Program-made: the position numbers and the translations under genes
Origin: Chiloscyllium plagiosum
Taxonomy: Eukaryota
DNA: 64,000 nt
Reading direction: 5' to 3'
Assembly (NCBI RefSeq): GCF_004010195.1
Contig: NC_057716.1
Span: 10,784,064 to 10,848,063, forward strand
Notes under the pieces: model-generated
Database searches by the model: none
What the model was told of the DNA's origin: nothing
Seen by the model: the letters and a program-made list of their open reading frames with translations, nothing else
Part shown: positions 25,621 to 38,500 of the stretch, piece by piece
How positions within the stretch are numbered: position 1 is the stretch's first letter
How the letters are laid out: the number at the start of each line of letters is the position of its first letter

Positions 25621-25976
25621 AATGGTGGAAAATGATGACAATTTGTGTCTCACTGACAAAAGTTTGCTGTTATGTTATTATTAATTCTGAGGCTATGTGC
25701 ATCGTTAGCATGGACAAAATTTATTGTCCGTTCCAAATTGCCCTACAGAAAGTGGTGGTGAATCACCTTCATGAACTATTGCAGTCTATCTGACGTAGAT
25801 ATGTTGACAAAGCTGTAAGGAAGGGGGTTCCAAGCTTTGACTCAGTGACAGTGAGGGAACAGCATTATAGCTCCAAGTTAGGATGATGTGTGAACTTGAA
25901 GGTAATTTGTAGGTGGTGACGTTGATATGCATTCACTGTGCTTGACACGGTAAGTTGCACTTTGGATAGTGCCAAC

Positions 25977-26324
25977 GCAGCATGGTGGCTCAGTGATTAA
26001 CACTGCTGTCTCACAGCGTCAGGGAACTGGGTTCAATTTCAGTCTCGGGCAACTGTCTGTGTGGAGTTTGCACATTTTCCCTGTGACTTCGTGGGTTTGC
26101 TACGATTTCCTCCCACAGTCCGAAGATGTGCAAGTTAGATGAATTGACCGTGCTAAATTGCCCATGGTGTTCAGGTATGTGAAGGTTAGGTGCATTAAAC
26201 AGGGGAAATGTAGAGAAATACAGTAGGGGAATGTGTCTGGGGGGCTTACTCTTCAAAGGGTTGGTGTGGATTTGTTGGGCCAAGTGGCCTGTTTCCAACT
26301 GTGGGGATTCTATGAAATTCTATG
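25977..26324 (+). mobile_element. HE1-type V-SINE
   Basis: tRNA head, V core and ATTCTATGA tail. Confidence 0.8.
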
Positions 26325-27372
26325 AAGGAGCTTTGGCAAAATGCTGCAATGCTTCTTTCACATTGTACCAACTGCTGTCCCTGGTATATGCCCTGGAGGA
26401 AGTCAAAATTGGAAGTGTGGGATCTAGTGCCAATCAAGTGGATCATTTTGAAATGCTTGGAATCAAACAGAAGTCAGGTATTTCACATCATTGTATTCAG
26501 CCATGACCAGACATTGCTGAAGGGCAAAATATATGACAATGGCTGCGAGCAGGAGCTAAAGTGATATTGTGTGGAAAAGGTACATTAATTTGGGAGTTAA
26601 GATTTTACCCAACAATTTGGACATAATTGCTGAATACCGTAATTTCAACTTGCCTGGAGGTAGTAGGCAGGATGGGTTTACCATTCAAGTGCTGATTTAA
26701 TACAATGTAAAAATCTGTATATGTGCATTCCTGGCATTTCAATCCAGTGAATGTTCATCATCCAATTCTTAGTACAGAGTGGCAAGTTACAGAATGGCTG
26801 AGGGACCACAGCGAAGGTGCACAGGGTCTCAGAGATGGCACTGCAAGCACTAGTGTGAGAGGTACGGAGCAGAAAGATAGTTCTGTGCTTAGGAAAGATA
26901 TCGCCTTACCCTCCTCACCTTCTCTTCTGCAACTAGTATCGTTCTACCTCGTGTGACTTAGTTGTATGTCATATTCAGTCCTGAGTACAGTGAGTGAAAT
27001 GCCCACAAGTGAGGGCTCCCGTTCTATTCCTGACCCTTGTAAGGTGTCAAATGAAGTGGAATAGCACGACACTTAATATTTTTAGGTTCAACCTTCAGAG
27101 AATTTCTAGAATAAAAATTCCTAGTGTCAGTAAATCTTGATTAAGTGCCCTAGAATGTCTGAAAGAGATGCAAAGTGCTTGAAATTCTGAGTTTGATACT
27201 TTCATAAAACTCAGTGGGGACAATACCTTGCTGCTGTATATTATTTCATTTTCAATAATATAGTTTAAATAATTACTCCTTAATTATTGTCCTCCTAAGG
27301 TAATATTGTTAATAGATGGCTGGTGTAAAGAAACACAATCCAATAAAGGTTATTAGTTATGCTATTCACACA

Positions 27373-27378
27373 TTTATT
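27373..27378 (-). terminator. polyadenylation signal of copy 2
   Basis: AATAAA about 46 nt after the stop codon. Confidence 0.6.
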
Positions 27379-27423
27379 ATGTTTGGGAATATTTTAATTT
27401 AGCAAAATCTAATTTTTAAGAAG

Positions 27424-28608
27424 TTAAAAATCTCTCATTCGCCTGAAAGATCCAATAGCTGAGCTGTAGCCTCCCCAGTCACTGTATCTCCTGTATTCAC
27501 CGGGTCTCATGAAGTACTGTCGCCCTCTGTAGTTGGGGTGTTCATAGAAGGTCCAGTAACCGTCCATCACATGGCAGGAGTGGATGTCACGGTAACGGAA
27601 ACGATTGTAGACAGATGGACAGTCATCCATGAATTCCATCATCTGTCCTCCAAAATCAGGCCTCTCATAAATCCTCATTCTGTAGGAGCCTCCACGGTAC
27701 TGGAATAGAAATGAAATGATATTACTGAGGAAACTACAAATCCATGTTGAGTACTTTTAGAAAAAGAAAAACCTTATGAAGAAATGAATACAGTGAGGCA
27801 CAGTCGAAGACACCAACAATGAGAGCAAAGGTGATATAATTTATTAACATTGATTCAACAGTTCGATTATAATTGAGGTTTCTTTACCAATAACTAGCTC
27901 CTACTTTGCACACATAATCAGTGAAGTGTCTATGAGAGTAGATGAGACTGATATTAGTTGGTGCACTGTTAGAGTGGTGCTGGAAAAGCACAGCAGATCA
28001 GGCAGCATCCGAGGAGCAGGAAAATCGACGTTTTGGGCAAAAGCCCTTCATCAGAATTCCTGATGAAGAGGTTTTGGCCGAAATGTCGACTTTCCTGCTC
28101 CTCGGATGCTGCCTGATCTGCTGTGCTTTTCTAGAACCACTCTAATCTTGACTCTGATCTCCAGTTTCTGCAGTACCCACCTCTGATTGGTTGGTGCACA
28201 CAGACTGAAGTTTAGTAATATCAGTAAAAGTCTAAACTAACTTCCAGTCTAAACTACTGTGAGGAATCTGAGGACAGCTTTGTCTTTCCTGTAATGTCTT
28301 AATTATTTACAGTCAGTGAATGGAGTGTGTACAAATATATTTCTCAACAAACTGGTATCCCATGTAATTGGGTCTCTCATACAGCACCCACCAGTCACTG
28401 TCAACACGGATGGAGTTACAGCGGCTGAAGTAAGGAGACAGGTCGGCACAGTCACTGCTGCACTCATAGTGCCGCCCCTGGAAGTTCCTGTCCTTGTAAA
28501 AGATGATCTGTGAGGAAAATGTATTGGTCAGTTAATAATTTCACAAGTCGGACAATTTTTAATGATAAATAACATACATAAACTATGACTTATCCTTGCC
28601 TTTACCAT
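27424..28608 (-). pseudogene. cryg: gamma-crystallin copy 2, exon 2 truncated
   Basis: Exon 1 28600-28608 (ATG GTA AAG|gcaagg). Exon 2 is present only at 28351-28507 (IIFYKDRNF...NYMGYQ); the last 86 nt and the donor are missing, and read-through stops at TGA 28313-28315. Exon 3 27424-27699 is intact. Confidence 0.85.
27967..28185. mobile_element. palindromic PLE-derived element in intron 2 of copy 2
   Basis: About 85-bp inverted arms centred on CATCAG-AATTC-CTGATG. TSD ATT(A/G)GTTGGTGCAC at 27953-27966 / 28186-28199. The paralogous site in copy 4 (about 50065-50080) is empty. Confidence 0.8.
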
Positions 28609-28662
28609 TTTGAGCTCAGAGTTAGATTATCACCGAATGATTCACTGTTTCAACCAGTTTGG

Positions 28663-28749
28663 TATTTATACGCTGGGCAGTCTCCCTGGATTGTACTTCT
28701 GTCATTGTAATGAATTCAATGGTTTCAAATCAGCACAAAACCAGCAAAA
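28663..28749 (-). promoter_or_regulatory. class B crystallin promoter of copy 2
   Basis: TATAAATA at 28663-28670. TTTTGTGCTGA (Sox-like plus Maf half site) at 28730-28740 is shared with copy 4. Confidence 0.6.
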
Positions 28750-31082
28750 CAAATGCCATACATGCTCATTGTAAGGAAAGCTAATTAAGGCACTGAAATA
28801 TCATTGTGTGATGAATGAAAGTCCATTGTGTTTCCAATACTGTACTTGCATTATCATTTTCAAATGGTTGGCATTACACATTCAACTAGGTATGTTTCCA
28901 AAAGTTCAGCATTCTGATTGAAATTGTCTCCAATACTGGTCAAGAAGCAAATGCACATTTCCAGAACCATTTGCTTTATTCCCAGTGTTTACACAGTGTG
29001 CTGCTTTATAATTGATTGTACATTTAGATTTCCAGATTGTGCTCTAAAGACCATGAAGATTTATCAGCATGTACATCTATTTAGTCGGGTTACTGTAGTA
29101 TTGAATATTTGGTTTCATATTGTAATCAATGTCATTCAGTTGCAGACAATCTAAATTTTCAATTAGCCAAGGTCACACAGAAATGTCAACATACAATTTC
29201 GGAACAGAGGTAGGCAACTTGACATTTCGAGCCTGCTCCAACACTCACAAAGCTCAGGGCTGACCTGACTGTGGCCTCAACTCTATCTCCCTGTCTACCC
29301 ACAATCACTTTTGCCTGCCTTGCATGTGAAGAATCTATCTTTCTCTGACTTAAAAAAAAAATCAATAATCCATTGCTGTCTGAAATGACAATTACAAATA
29401 TTCACAACCTTCTGAAAGCTGATGATTTTCCTCATCTCAATCTTAAATGCGAGATTCCGTAGCTTTACAGTGTACACTAGTTCTCACACAAGATGAAACA
29501 ACCATTCAGTATCCAACCCATCAAGTCCCCTCAGGATTTTATATATTTTAATCAGAACACCTCCAACCTTCTAAAATTCAGCTCAGCCCAGAGGAGAGGA
29601 CAATGACGCTTTGAATTCCTCAGTGGGATACAGTGTTATTATATGTTTTGCATTACAATAATTACATGCTACATTGTCATTGTTCCTTTCCCCTTAATCT
29701 ATACATCCCTATGGACAGACCTAGTTTCCCCATCATCTCATGATGCTTACCAGACATTGTAATCATCAGGCCTTGGGATCTTACAATGCATCCCATTAGT
29801 TCCCATTAATCCAATATATTCCTTTGGACATTTCCAGACTTGTTTATCTCTAAGGACTACTCGAATTCTGTTATTCATTTTACCCCTATCAAATTCCATT
29901 GCTAATCTTATATTTCCCACTATCCTAATCACAGGAGATACAAAATATAATCAGATCTTGCTATAATAGTTAAGAATCACAATATTAGTTCTTCTATAAC
30001 ATTAGTTATATGAATAGTTTTATGTATACACCTACTTTAGCTAATGAACTGTGAGCAGATTCAATCCCACCTGAGCCTTGGAGGCTCAGTTAGAACCTGC
30101 CCCTCTATCCTGCAACTGCATTACAACTCATTCTAGTCACATACTGTCTACTGGAGTGAAATTTACTGCCCTTACTCTGACTAACTCTTTCTTCCTAATA
30201 AAAAACATCTTTCTCATTGACAAGACTAAAACTCAATCACTTGCACAGCTCAATGAACTTGTCTGATCTTTTTAGGAGCCACAATCCCACCCTTATCATC
30301 GGTGTCTGTTATTGTAGGATCCTACTTTTCTCTTTAATGCTTGCTACAACCTTCAGGCTGTTTGTTCTTAGACATTTCTTATCAAACTGCCTTGTGCAGA
30401 CCTTTGTAGCTGCTGTTTGTGCGGACCTCCCTGTATATTAATTTGTATGATGCTTTGTTCAAAATAGACCCTGTTACCTTGCGATACCCCCTTCCTAGCA
30501 CTAACATTGTCATAATTATGATGTCACTTAAATGCTGGAACAGGCAAGCTAATTCTATTACTGCTGTCATATTTATGCCACTTTGATCAGGGGCTAGCTC
30601 AACATCATCACATCTTGTTAGCCTAAAAACATGACCTATTTACACTGACCCTCTGTTTTTATTTGATAATCAATCCTCTATCCATGGTAAAATATTGCAT
30701 CCTGAACCTCATAAGCTCTTATTTTGCTTAATAGCCTGAGATATTGCATGCCTTTTGAAATTCTAAAGTAAAGGATACCCAACAGTTTTCCTTTATTCAA
30801 GTTGTCTGCTACTTCCTCAAATAACTACAATATGTCAGTCCTGCATGATTTTACTTTCACAAAGCCATGTCGACTCTGCTTGATTGCATTAGGAATTTCT
30901 AATTGCCCCCCAAAAAACTCCTTTGTAATCCTTCAAAGAGTTATTTTAGAACACAAAACAAAAGTATAGTAACGAAGATGGCAATGTGGTTAAAGTTGCA
31001 TTTCTACTGTGCTCACTGAAGAAGGGGATCTCGGTTTTTTTTGTGTTTCTAAAAAGAAATGCATTTAACAAGGTTCCATATA

Positions 31083-31911
31083 ATTGACAGGATGTAGAGC
31101 TGTGCTAAGAAGAGACAGATGGAGTTCAACCTGGAAATGTGTGAAGTGATTCATTTTGGAAGGTCAAATTTGAATGCAGAATACAGGGTTAAAGGCAGGA
31201 TTCTCGACAGTGTGGAGGAACAGAGGGATCTTGGGCTCTATGTCAATAGATCCCACAAAGTTGCCAGTCAGGTATAGGGTTGTTAAGAAGGCACCTGGTC
31301 TGTTGACTTACATTAGCAGGGGGAATTGAGTTTAAGAGCCATGAGGTTATGCTGCAGCCCTATAGAGCCCTGGTTAGACCACACTTGGAATATTGTGTTC
31401 AGTTCTGGTCGCCTCATTATAGAAAAGATGTGGAAGCTTTAGAGATGGTGCAGAAAAAATTTACCAGGATTTACCAGAAAATATTACCTGGTCTGGAGGG
31501 CATGCCTTATGAAGAAAGGTTGAGGGAGTTTGGGCTTTTCTCAATGGAGCGAAGAAGAATGACAGGTGACTTGATAGAGGTGTACAAGATGATGAGAGGC
31601 ATTGATAATGTGGATATCCAGAGACTTTTTCCCAGGGCGGAAATAGCTATCATGAGGGGGCATAATTTTAAGGAGGTTGGAGGAAGTTTTAGAGGAGATG
31701 TCAGAGGTAGGTTCTTTACACAGAGAGTGGTGGGTGTGTAGAATGCACTGCCAATAGTGGTAGTAGAATCAGATATATTAGGGACATTTAAGGAACTCTT
31801 GGATAGGCATATGGATGATAGTAAAATGTAAGGTACGTGGGTTAATTTGATCTTAGAGTAGGATAAAAGGTCAGCACAAAGGGCTTGTACTGTGCTATGT
31901 TCTATGTTCTA
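31083..31911 (+). mobile_element. CR1 LINE RT C-terminal fragment
   Basis: ORF 31349-31741 ALVRPHLEYCVQFWSPHYRKD; CTATGTT tail. Confidence 0.85.
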
Positions 31912-32575
31912 TAATGGGTTATTTTGTAAAATAAGAAATTAACGTATAGGGACTAACACTAGCATGGATAGAAGTTTGGGTCTCTGGCAGAAAATAGAGT
32001 ATTCATAAATGATTTTTTTTCCAGATTGGTAAGGTCTGTTGAATGGGGACCCACAGGGGTCTTTGCTGGACCCTGAACATTTTACAATTTATATTAAGGA
32101 GCGTGTTGAAGACAAGGACGCCAAATTTGCAGATGACACCAACATGGGTAAGAAAGTATTTTAAGAAGTTGACATAACAATGTTGCAGACTGATATTGGT
32201 AGATAAAGTGAGCGGCAGAAATACGGCAGATGGAGTATAATGTGAGAAAGTATGAAGTTATTCACATTGGTAAGGTAAGGATGTCATGCTTCAGTTGTGT
32301 AGGTGAGACTATATCTCAAATAATGTGTGCAGTTACACCTCCTTATTTCAGGAACCATATAAATACAATGGAGGCAGTTGAGAGGAGGTTTACAAGATTG
32401 ATAGCTTGAATGAGTGGGCTGTCTTATGAGGAAGGATTGGACAAGCTGGGCTTGTTTTCACTGCTACTTAGAAGAGTGGGGAGTGAAGGTTAAAAGATGT
32501 TGAATGATGTTGACAGCATGGATGTGAAAAGAATGTTTTCTCTTGTGGGGAGTTCCAAACTAAAGAATATTGTTT

Positions 32576-33227
32576 TGTGATGGTACTATGCCTTTAAGAG
32601 AGATCTGTTCTGTCCTGTTTCTCTTGCAGAGAGGTTTTGCCACAGTGATTTCTCCTTCTGACAGCCAGTTGGTAAGCAGCTCTTGAGTTTTCCCTGGGAA
32701 TTTTTTTATAAAGGAACATGAGTAGATGCAGTCAGGGCTCATATAGATCGAGGAAGGCTTTGAGCTTTGCTTCAGTTATATGAAGGTTTCTGCTGGCTGT
32801 TCCAAGATGTGAGACTGAAGTCTTAGATGAGAGGCTTCCTCTTAAAAATCAAAAGGAGCAAATTATGTCTTTTGACTGCACTGGAGAGAGATAGCACATG
32901 AGAACCATAACTGTTTTGCTAGGTGGTATTTTTGCTAAAGGGTATATTTGTGTGATGCTGCCTATATTTGAACAGCTAATAATTAATGGTAAAATAGTAA
33001 TTATCTTGTCAAGTATTTCAATAGAGTAAAGTTATGGCAATTCTTTATTTTTTTGCATTTTAACTGCGCTGTAAGAATAAAGTGATTGAAGACGAGCAGT
33101 GAACCAGTTGAATCACATATGGAACACAGCACCTTCTGCTTGCCTTTAAATGAATATATAAGTTAGGGCCTAGGCTACCTCCTTACAACACTTTGGAGGG
33201 AGTTGTGATCTGGTCTGGTCCATAATA
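32576..33227 (+). mobile_element. probable solo LTR inserted in an old CR1 (31960-32575 plus 33228-33440)
   Basis: Starts TGTGAT and ends ATAATA (decayed ...ACA), has a 4-bp GTTT duplication and an internal AATAAA; the CR1 sequence resumes after it. Confidence 0.55.
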
Positions 33228-33589
33228 GTTTTACCATTAGGGATTACCTTGTAGGCCAGAGATGAGAGGGTTTTTGTTTCCTCTCAGTAGATTATGTTAC
33301 TTTGAAACTCTCTGTTTCAGAATTTGGTGGAGGTGGGAGTCATCAAGTATTTTTAATGCAGACATAGATATAAGCTTGTTAGGCAGAGGAATCAAAGGTT
33401 TTCAGAACATAAATAGATCAGCCACGATTGTTTTGACTTCACCTGACAAAGGAGCAGTGCTTTGAAAGCTTGTGATTTCAGATCAACCTATTGGACTATG
33501 ACCTGGTTGTTGTGTGATTTCTGATGATTTTATTGAATGGCTGAATAGATTGGGCCAAATATCTTAATCCAATTTATTTTCACCTAACA

Positions 33590-34326
33590 CATAGAGTCAT
33601 AGAGTCATAGAAATGTACAGCATGAAAACAGACCCTTCAATCCAATCTGTCCACGCCGACCAGATATCCCAACCCAATCTAGTCCCACCTGCCAGTACCC
33701 AGCCCATATCCCTCCAAACCCTTCCTATTCAGATACCTATCCAAATGCCTCTTAAATGTTGCAATTGTACCAGCCTCCACCACTTCCTCTGGCAGGTCAT
33801 TCCATACACGTACGACCCTCTGTGTGAAAAAGTTGCCCCTTAGGTCTCTTTTATATCTTTCCCCTCTCACCCTAAACCTATGCCCTCTAGTTCTGGACTC
33901 CCCCAACCCAGGGAAACGACTTTGCCTATTTATCCTATCCATGCCCCTCATAATTTTGTAAGCCTCTATAAGGTCATCCCTCAAACTCTGACGCTCCAGG
34001 GAAAACAGCCCCAGCCTGTTCAGCCTCTCCTTACAGCTCAAATCCTCCAACCCTGGCAACATCCTTGTAAATCTTTTCTGAACCCTTTCAAGTTTCACAA
34101 CATCTTTCCGATAGGAAGGAAACCAGAATTGCACGCAATATTCCAACAGTGGCCTAACCAATGTCCTGTACAGCCGCAACATGACCTCCCAACTCCTGTA
34201 CTCAATACTCTGATCGATAAAGGAAAGCTACCAAACGCCTTCTTCACTATCCTATCTACCTGCGACTCCACTTTCAAGGAGCAATGAACCTGCACTCCAA
34301 GGTCTCTTTGTTCAGCAACACTCCCT
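33590..34326 (-). mobile_element. young CR1/HER1-type LINE 3' fragment
   Basis: ORF 33679-34182 is open for 167 aa ([17 protein letters not shown]...). Confidence 0.9.
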
Positions 34327-34955
34327 GCTGTTGAAGGCAAAACCTTCACAATGAGTTACTTCCATCAGTGAGCATAGATTTCAATGGAGCCCTTCTCTGA
34401 TTTTGCCCACGAGCACAATATCACTTCCTATAATTCTGTCCATATACTGCTGGAACAGATCCTGGCTGATAGATAAACCAAGAAGAAGTCTCTGGCATCA
34501 TCTTCCAAATGGTGTTCTGAAAGTTGTGATTTCTTGAGGTTGAATTGCCAAGTGAGTTGACCAGTACCTATGTATGGCAAATTGCTTGGAGAAAATTTTA
34601 ACTCCTGTGAATTTGGGATTTAGTTCAAATAATGTTGAAATTGTGTGTGAGCATATTTTATGGGAAGATTAGGGTCTAAACATACTCTGATCGTGTCATT
34701 TATCTTTATCATGCATGTAATAGAATTCATTGGTCTGTTCTGATATGCATGACAGATAACGTCATTGTGTTTCATACCAAATATCTCACTCTAAAGCTTC
34801 TATTGTACATGAACACTACAGTTTTGAGACAGTCAATTGACTGAACTATATCTTTTCTCAGATGCAATACAATGTGATCTTTAAAGTGTCCTGTGATACT
34901 GAATCTGTCTGGGTACAATTGTTGTCGTCCCACAGTAACTCAATGTAAGTATTTT

Positions 34956-35269
34956 GGGCAGCACGGTGGCACAGTGGTTAGCACTGCTGCCTCACAGAGC
35001 TAGAGACCCGGGTTCAATTCCCGCCTCAGGTGACTGACTGTGTGGAGTTTGCACGTTCTCCCCGTGTCTGTGTGGGTTTCCTCCGGGTGCTCCGGTTTCC
35101 TCCCACAGTCCAAAGATGTGCGGGTTAGGTGAATTGGCCATGCTAAATTTCCCGTAGTGTTAGGTAAGGGGTAAATGTAGGGGTATGGGTGGGTTGCGCT
35201 TCGGCGGGGCGGTGTGGACTTGTTGGGCCAAAGGGCCTGTTTCCACACTGTAAGTAATCTAATCTAATC
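34956..35269 (+). mobile_element. full-length HE1-type V-SINE
   Basis: A and B boxes, V core, (AATCT)n tail and a possible TSD AAGTATT (34947-34953 / 35273-35279). Confidence 0.9.
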
Positions 35270-35419
35270 AAAAAGTATTCTTACTTTTTCCTGCTGCAAT
35301 GAGTGTCTTGTTGATCTTGTGAATGGCTACAATATTGAGATCCGTGCGTACCAGTAGACTTGCAGTAGGGCGCTCTTCCAAGTTTGAATGCCATTGAAAA
35401 CTAGGAGGGTCCCGATTTC

Positions 35420-35925
35420 AGGAACGTCAAGATTCATTGCAACATAAACTGCGGCTCTAAAAGAAGGAGGGAGAAGATTAAATATGAGGATAATCCAACC
35501 GGTAATATAAAAGAAGATTGCAAAAGAGGGCAAAGAGAGGCAGAAATGGACATTGGGCTATTGGAAAATGATGCTGCAGAAGTAGTAATGGGAAACAAAG
35601 TCATGGTTCAGAAACTGAACAAGTACTTTGTGCCAGCCTTCACAGTGGAAAACATGAATAATATCCCAAACGTTGAAGAGATTTGGAGTGCAGAGGTGAG
35701 TATGGTGGCCATCACCAAGGAGAAGGTGCTAGAAAACGTGAAAGGTCTGAAGGTAAATAAATCATCAGGATCAGATGGACTACACCTCAACGATCTGAAG
35801 GAGAGAGCTAAAGAGATAGTGGAGGCTTTAATAAAGATATTTCAGGGATCACTGGAGTCAAGGAGGGTCCCAGAGGAATGGAAATTCACTTATATAACCC
35901 CCTCGGTTTAAAAAGAGAGTAAGGC
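35420..35925 (+). mobile_element. CR1 ORF2 internal fragment
   Basis: LNKYF..AFT.E...KSSGSDGLH..LKE in ORF 35546-35911. Confidence 0.75.
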
Positions 35926-37260
35926 AATTTCGATCTGTGCCACAAGCTCATTTACCTTATTTCATATATTGCATTCATTCAGATGCAACACCTTCAGTCC
36001 TGTATTTACTGTCCCTCTCCTCACTGTCATCTCTTTCTCCAGTTTGATTGAGGTTAGATTCTTAACCCTTTTGAAACTCTCTGACTTGTTTTATGTTCTG
36101 GACTCTTTAATAATGTCTCCTGAGTTCTCTTTCCTTTGCATTTCATTTCATACTTTTCCATGCAGCTGAATTCACCCCCACCTGCTGCTTTGTTTCCCAT
36201 TAGCCATTATACTTCTTGGAGTTTTGCCATTCTCTTTGCCCCTCACTTTTTAGTTTAAAGTCCTGTTGACAACCCTATTCACCCTTTTCACCAGAACATT
36301 GGTCCCAGCACGGTTCAGCCAGAAAATGTCCCAATGGTACAGATCCCTTCTGTTCCAGTACTGATGCCAGCCCTCCATGAAATGGAACTCCTCTTATTCA
36401 CACCTCTCCTTCAGCCATGTGTTTATTTCCCCTATTTTTGCATCCCTAAGCCAATTTGCATGTGGTTCAGGTAGCAATCTGGAGATTGTAACCCTTGAGG
36501 ACCTGTTCTTTAATTTAGTTCCTAGTTCCTGATAATCGCTAAACAGGTCCTCTTTCTTAATCTTGCCTACGATGTTTGTTCTGACGTGGAGCATAACAAC
36601 TGGATCCTCCCCCCTCTTTCCAATATCCTTTCCAGCCAGTTAGAGATGTCGCTCACCCTGGCACTTGGCAAGCAACATTCCATCCTGCTTACAAAGGGTA
36701 CTATCAATCTCTCTAATCGTACAATCCCTTACAACTACCATTTGTCTTTTTGCTCCACCCAGTGGCTGACCTCCTGTGTCACAGTCCTGTAGTCTGCTGG
36801 CTCATCCTCCTCACAGCTCTGTTCCTCATGCACACTGGAGCAAGTACCCCGTACCTGTTGGACAAGGTCAAGAGCTGATGCTCCTCTGTTCCTGAATACA
36901 TGATCCCTCTACCTGCCTCACCTGCAGACACACCCTCCTGTCCCTGACCACAGACTGAATTTGAGCTGGTTAATCTACCAGTTGTGACCACCTCCTGAAA
37001 CAGTGCATCCAGGTAACTCTTCCCCCTCCCAGATGTGCCACAGTGTTTGAAGCTCAGACACCAGCTCATCAATTCCAAGCCGGCGTTTCTCCAGCAACTG
37101 ACCCTTGCTGCAGATGTGGCCATTGCAATTCACAATGAGATCTGCCAGCTCCCCCACCATACAGCCATAGCACATCACCTGCCCAGCCATCTCTACTTAG
37201 TTAATTAAGTTATTAGTCAGTTAATCCAGAATTAGTTGATTAATGTATTCATTAGTTTTG
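35926..37260 (-). mobile_element. CR1 LINE 5' part: ORF1 (zinc finger/coiled coil plus SGNH esterase-like) and start of the ORF2 endonuclease
   Basis: CYGC...HICSK...IDELVSELQTL (36975-37190); LHVRTN...LKNRSSRVTISRLLP...INTWLKE (36394-36594); LKVLHLN...NKVNELVAQIE near 35930-36000. Confidence 0.75.
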
Positions 37261-37423
37261 CAGGTTGTTTTCAAATTTAGGACAGATTTCTGACAGTCAA
37301 TTAGGTCACGGCTCCCCTGTGATATCACTTTTTCAGTTTGCTCCTCTCTGTGTGCTCCTCTCTCCGACTCCACTCTCTGGAATCAAGGCCTCGAATCCCT
37401 GAGGTAAGTTAGTTTTATACTCA

Positions 37424-37545
37424 CTGTTGAGAGTGTATTGCTGGAAAAGCACAGCAGGTCAGGCGATGCTGCCTGACCTGCTGTGCTTTTCCAGCAACAC
37501 ACTCTCAACTCTGATCTCCAGCATCTGCAGACCTCGCTGTCTCCT
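37424..37545. mobile_element. palindromic PLE-derived element with the centre deleted
   Basis: Inverted arms GCTGGAAAAGCACAGCAGGTCAGGC / GCCTGACCTGCTGTGCTTTTCCAGC. Confidence 0.7.
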
Positions 37546-37775
37546 ACTTTAAACTCACCGTGCTCTGTGTGCTCCATGTGCTCCTCTCTCTGATTCCATT
37601 CCATGGAAACAAGGCTATGTTTGGCATGCAAGCAGTCCTGTGTTGTATCTTCACCGGGATGCATCTCATTTTTAGATATACCTAATGCTGGTCCTAGCAT
37701 CCTTCTTGCATGCTTCACTGAACCAGAGTTAGTCCCCCGTCTTGATAATAAAGACTGAATGAGGGAAATGCTAAG

Positions 37776-37849
37776 CCATGACATAACAGATTGTGTGTTT
37801 GAATAAAATGCCAATCCATGACATAACAAATTGTGTGTTTGAATAAAAT
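37776..37849. repeat. local tandem duplication, 40-bp period, 2 copies
   Basis: CCATGACATAACA(G/A)ATTGTGTGTTTGAATAAAAT occurs twice. Confidence 0.8.
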
Positions 37850-38500
37850 TCTGCTAGTGCTGATGGTTCACAGCTCTTCACGGGTTTGAGTTGCTAGATC
37901 TGTTCAAAATCCACTCCTTTTAGCACAGTGATAGTACCACACTACACAATGGAGATTATGCTCAGTGTAAAGATGGGACTTTGTCTAGCACCCATGTCCT
38001 TTCGGACTCCACTACCTTGGTCAGCAGTGTTGCTACTGAACCCATCACAGAGATGCACCTTACAATTCCCCATCCAGAATACTTTGTGCAAATCTTCCAC
38101 CCTCAGTACATTTTTCAATTGCTGTTCAACACACAGAAGAACTGATTCATCAGCTAAGGTGGGGCAGTAGGTGATCACCAACAGGACCTTTCCTTCCCAT
38201 TTTTGATCTGAAGCAATGAGACTTCATTAGATCTGAAGTCAACGTTGAGGACTCCCAGAGTAACACTCTCCTGAGTGTATGCCAGTGTGCTGCCACCTCT
38301 GCTGGCTCTGTGCTGGTGGTGGGAGAGGAAATATCCAGGGATGGTAATGATGGTGCCTGGGACATTGTCTGTAAGCTATGATTCCATGAGTATGACTCTG
38401 TCAGGCTGTCGCTTGAGTAGTCTGTGAGACAGCCCTTCCAAGTTTGGCCCCGATGTTAGTCAGGAGGACTCTGCAGAGTAGACAGGGCTGGATTTTCCTT
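37850..38500 (-). mobile_element. old LINE apurinic-endonuclease fragment
   Basis: ORF 37942-38181 VITYCPTLADESVLL...VFWMGNCKVH (decayed YRPP...GDFNxH). Confidence 0.6.

Noticed and set aside
28316-28513. Plus-strand ORFs antisense to exon 2 (also 41588-41842)
   Set aside because: Shadow frames of the crystallin exon with no independent support.
34956-35030. tRNA-like sequence with A and B boxes
   Set aside because: It is the head of a tRNA-derived SINE, followed by the V core and tail, not a tRNA gene.
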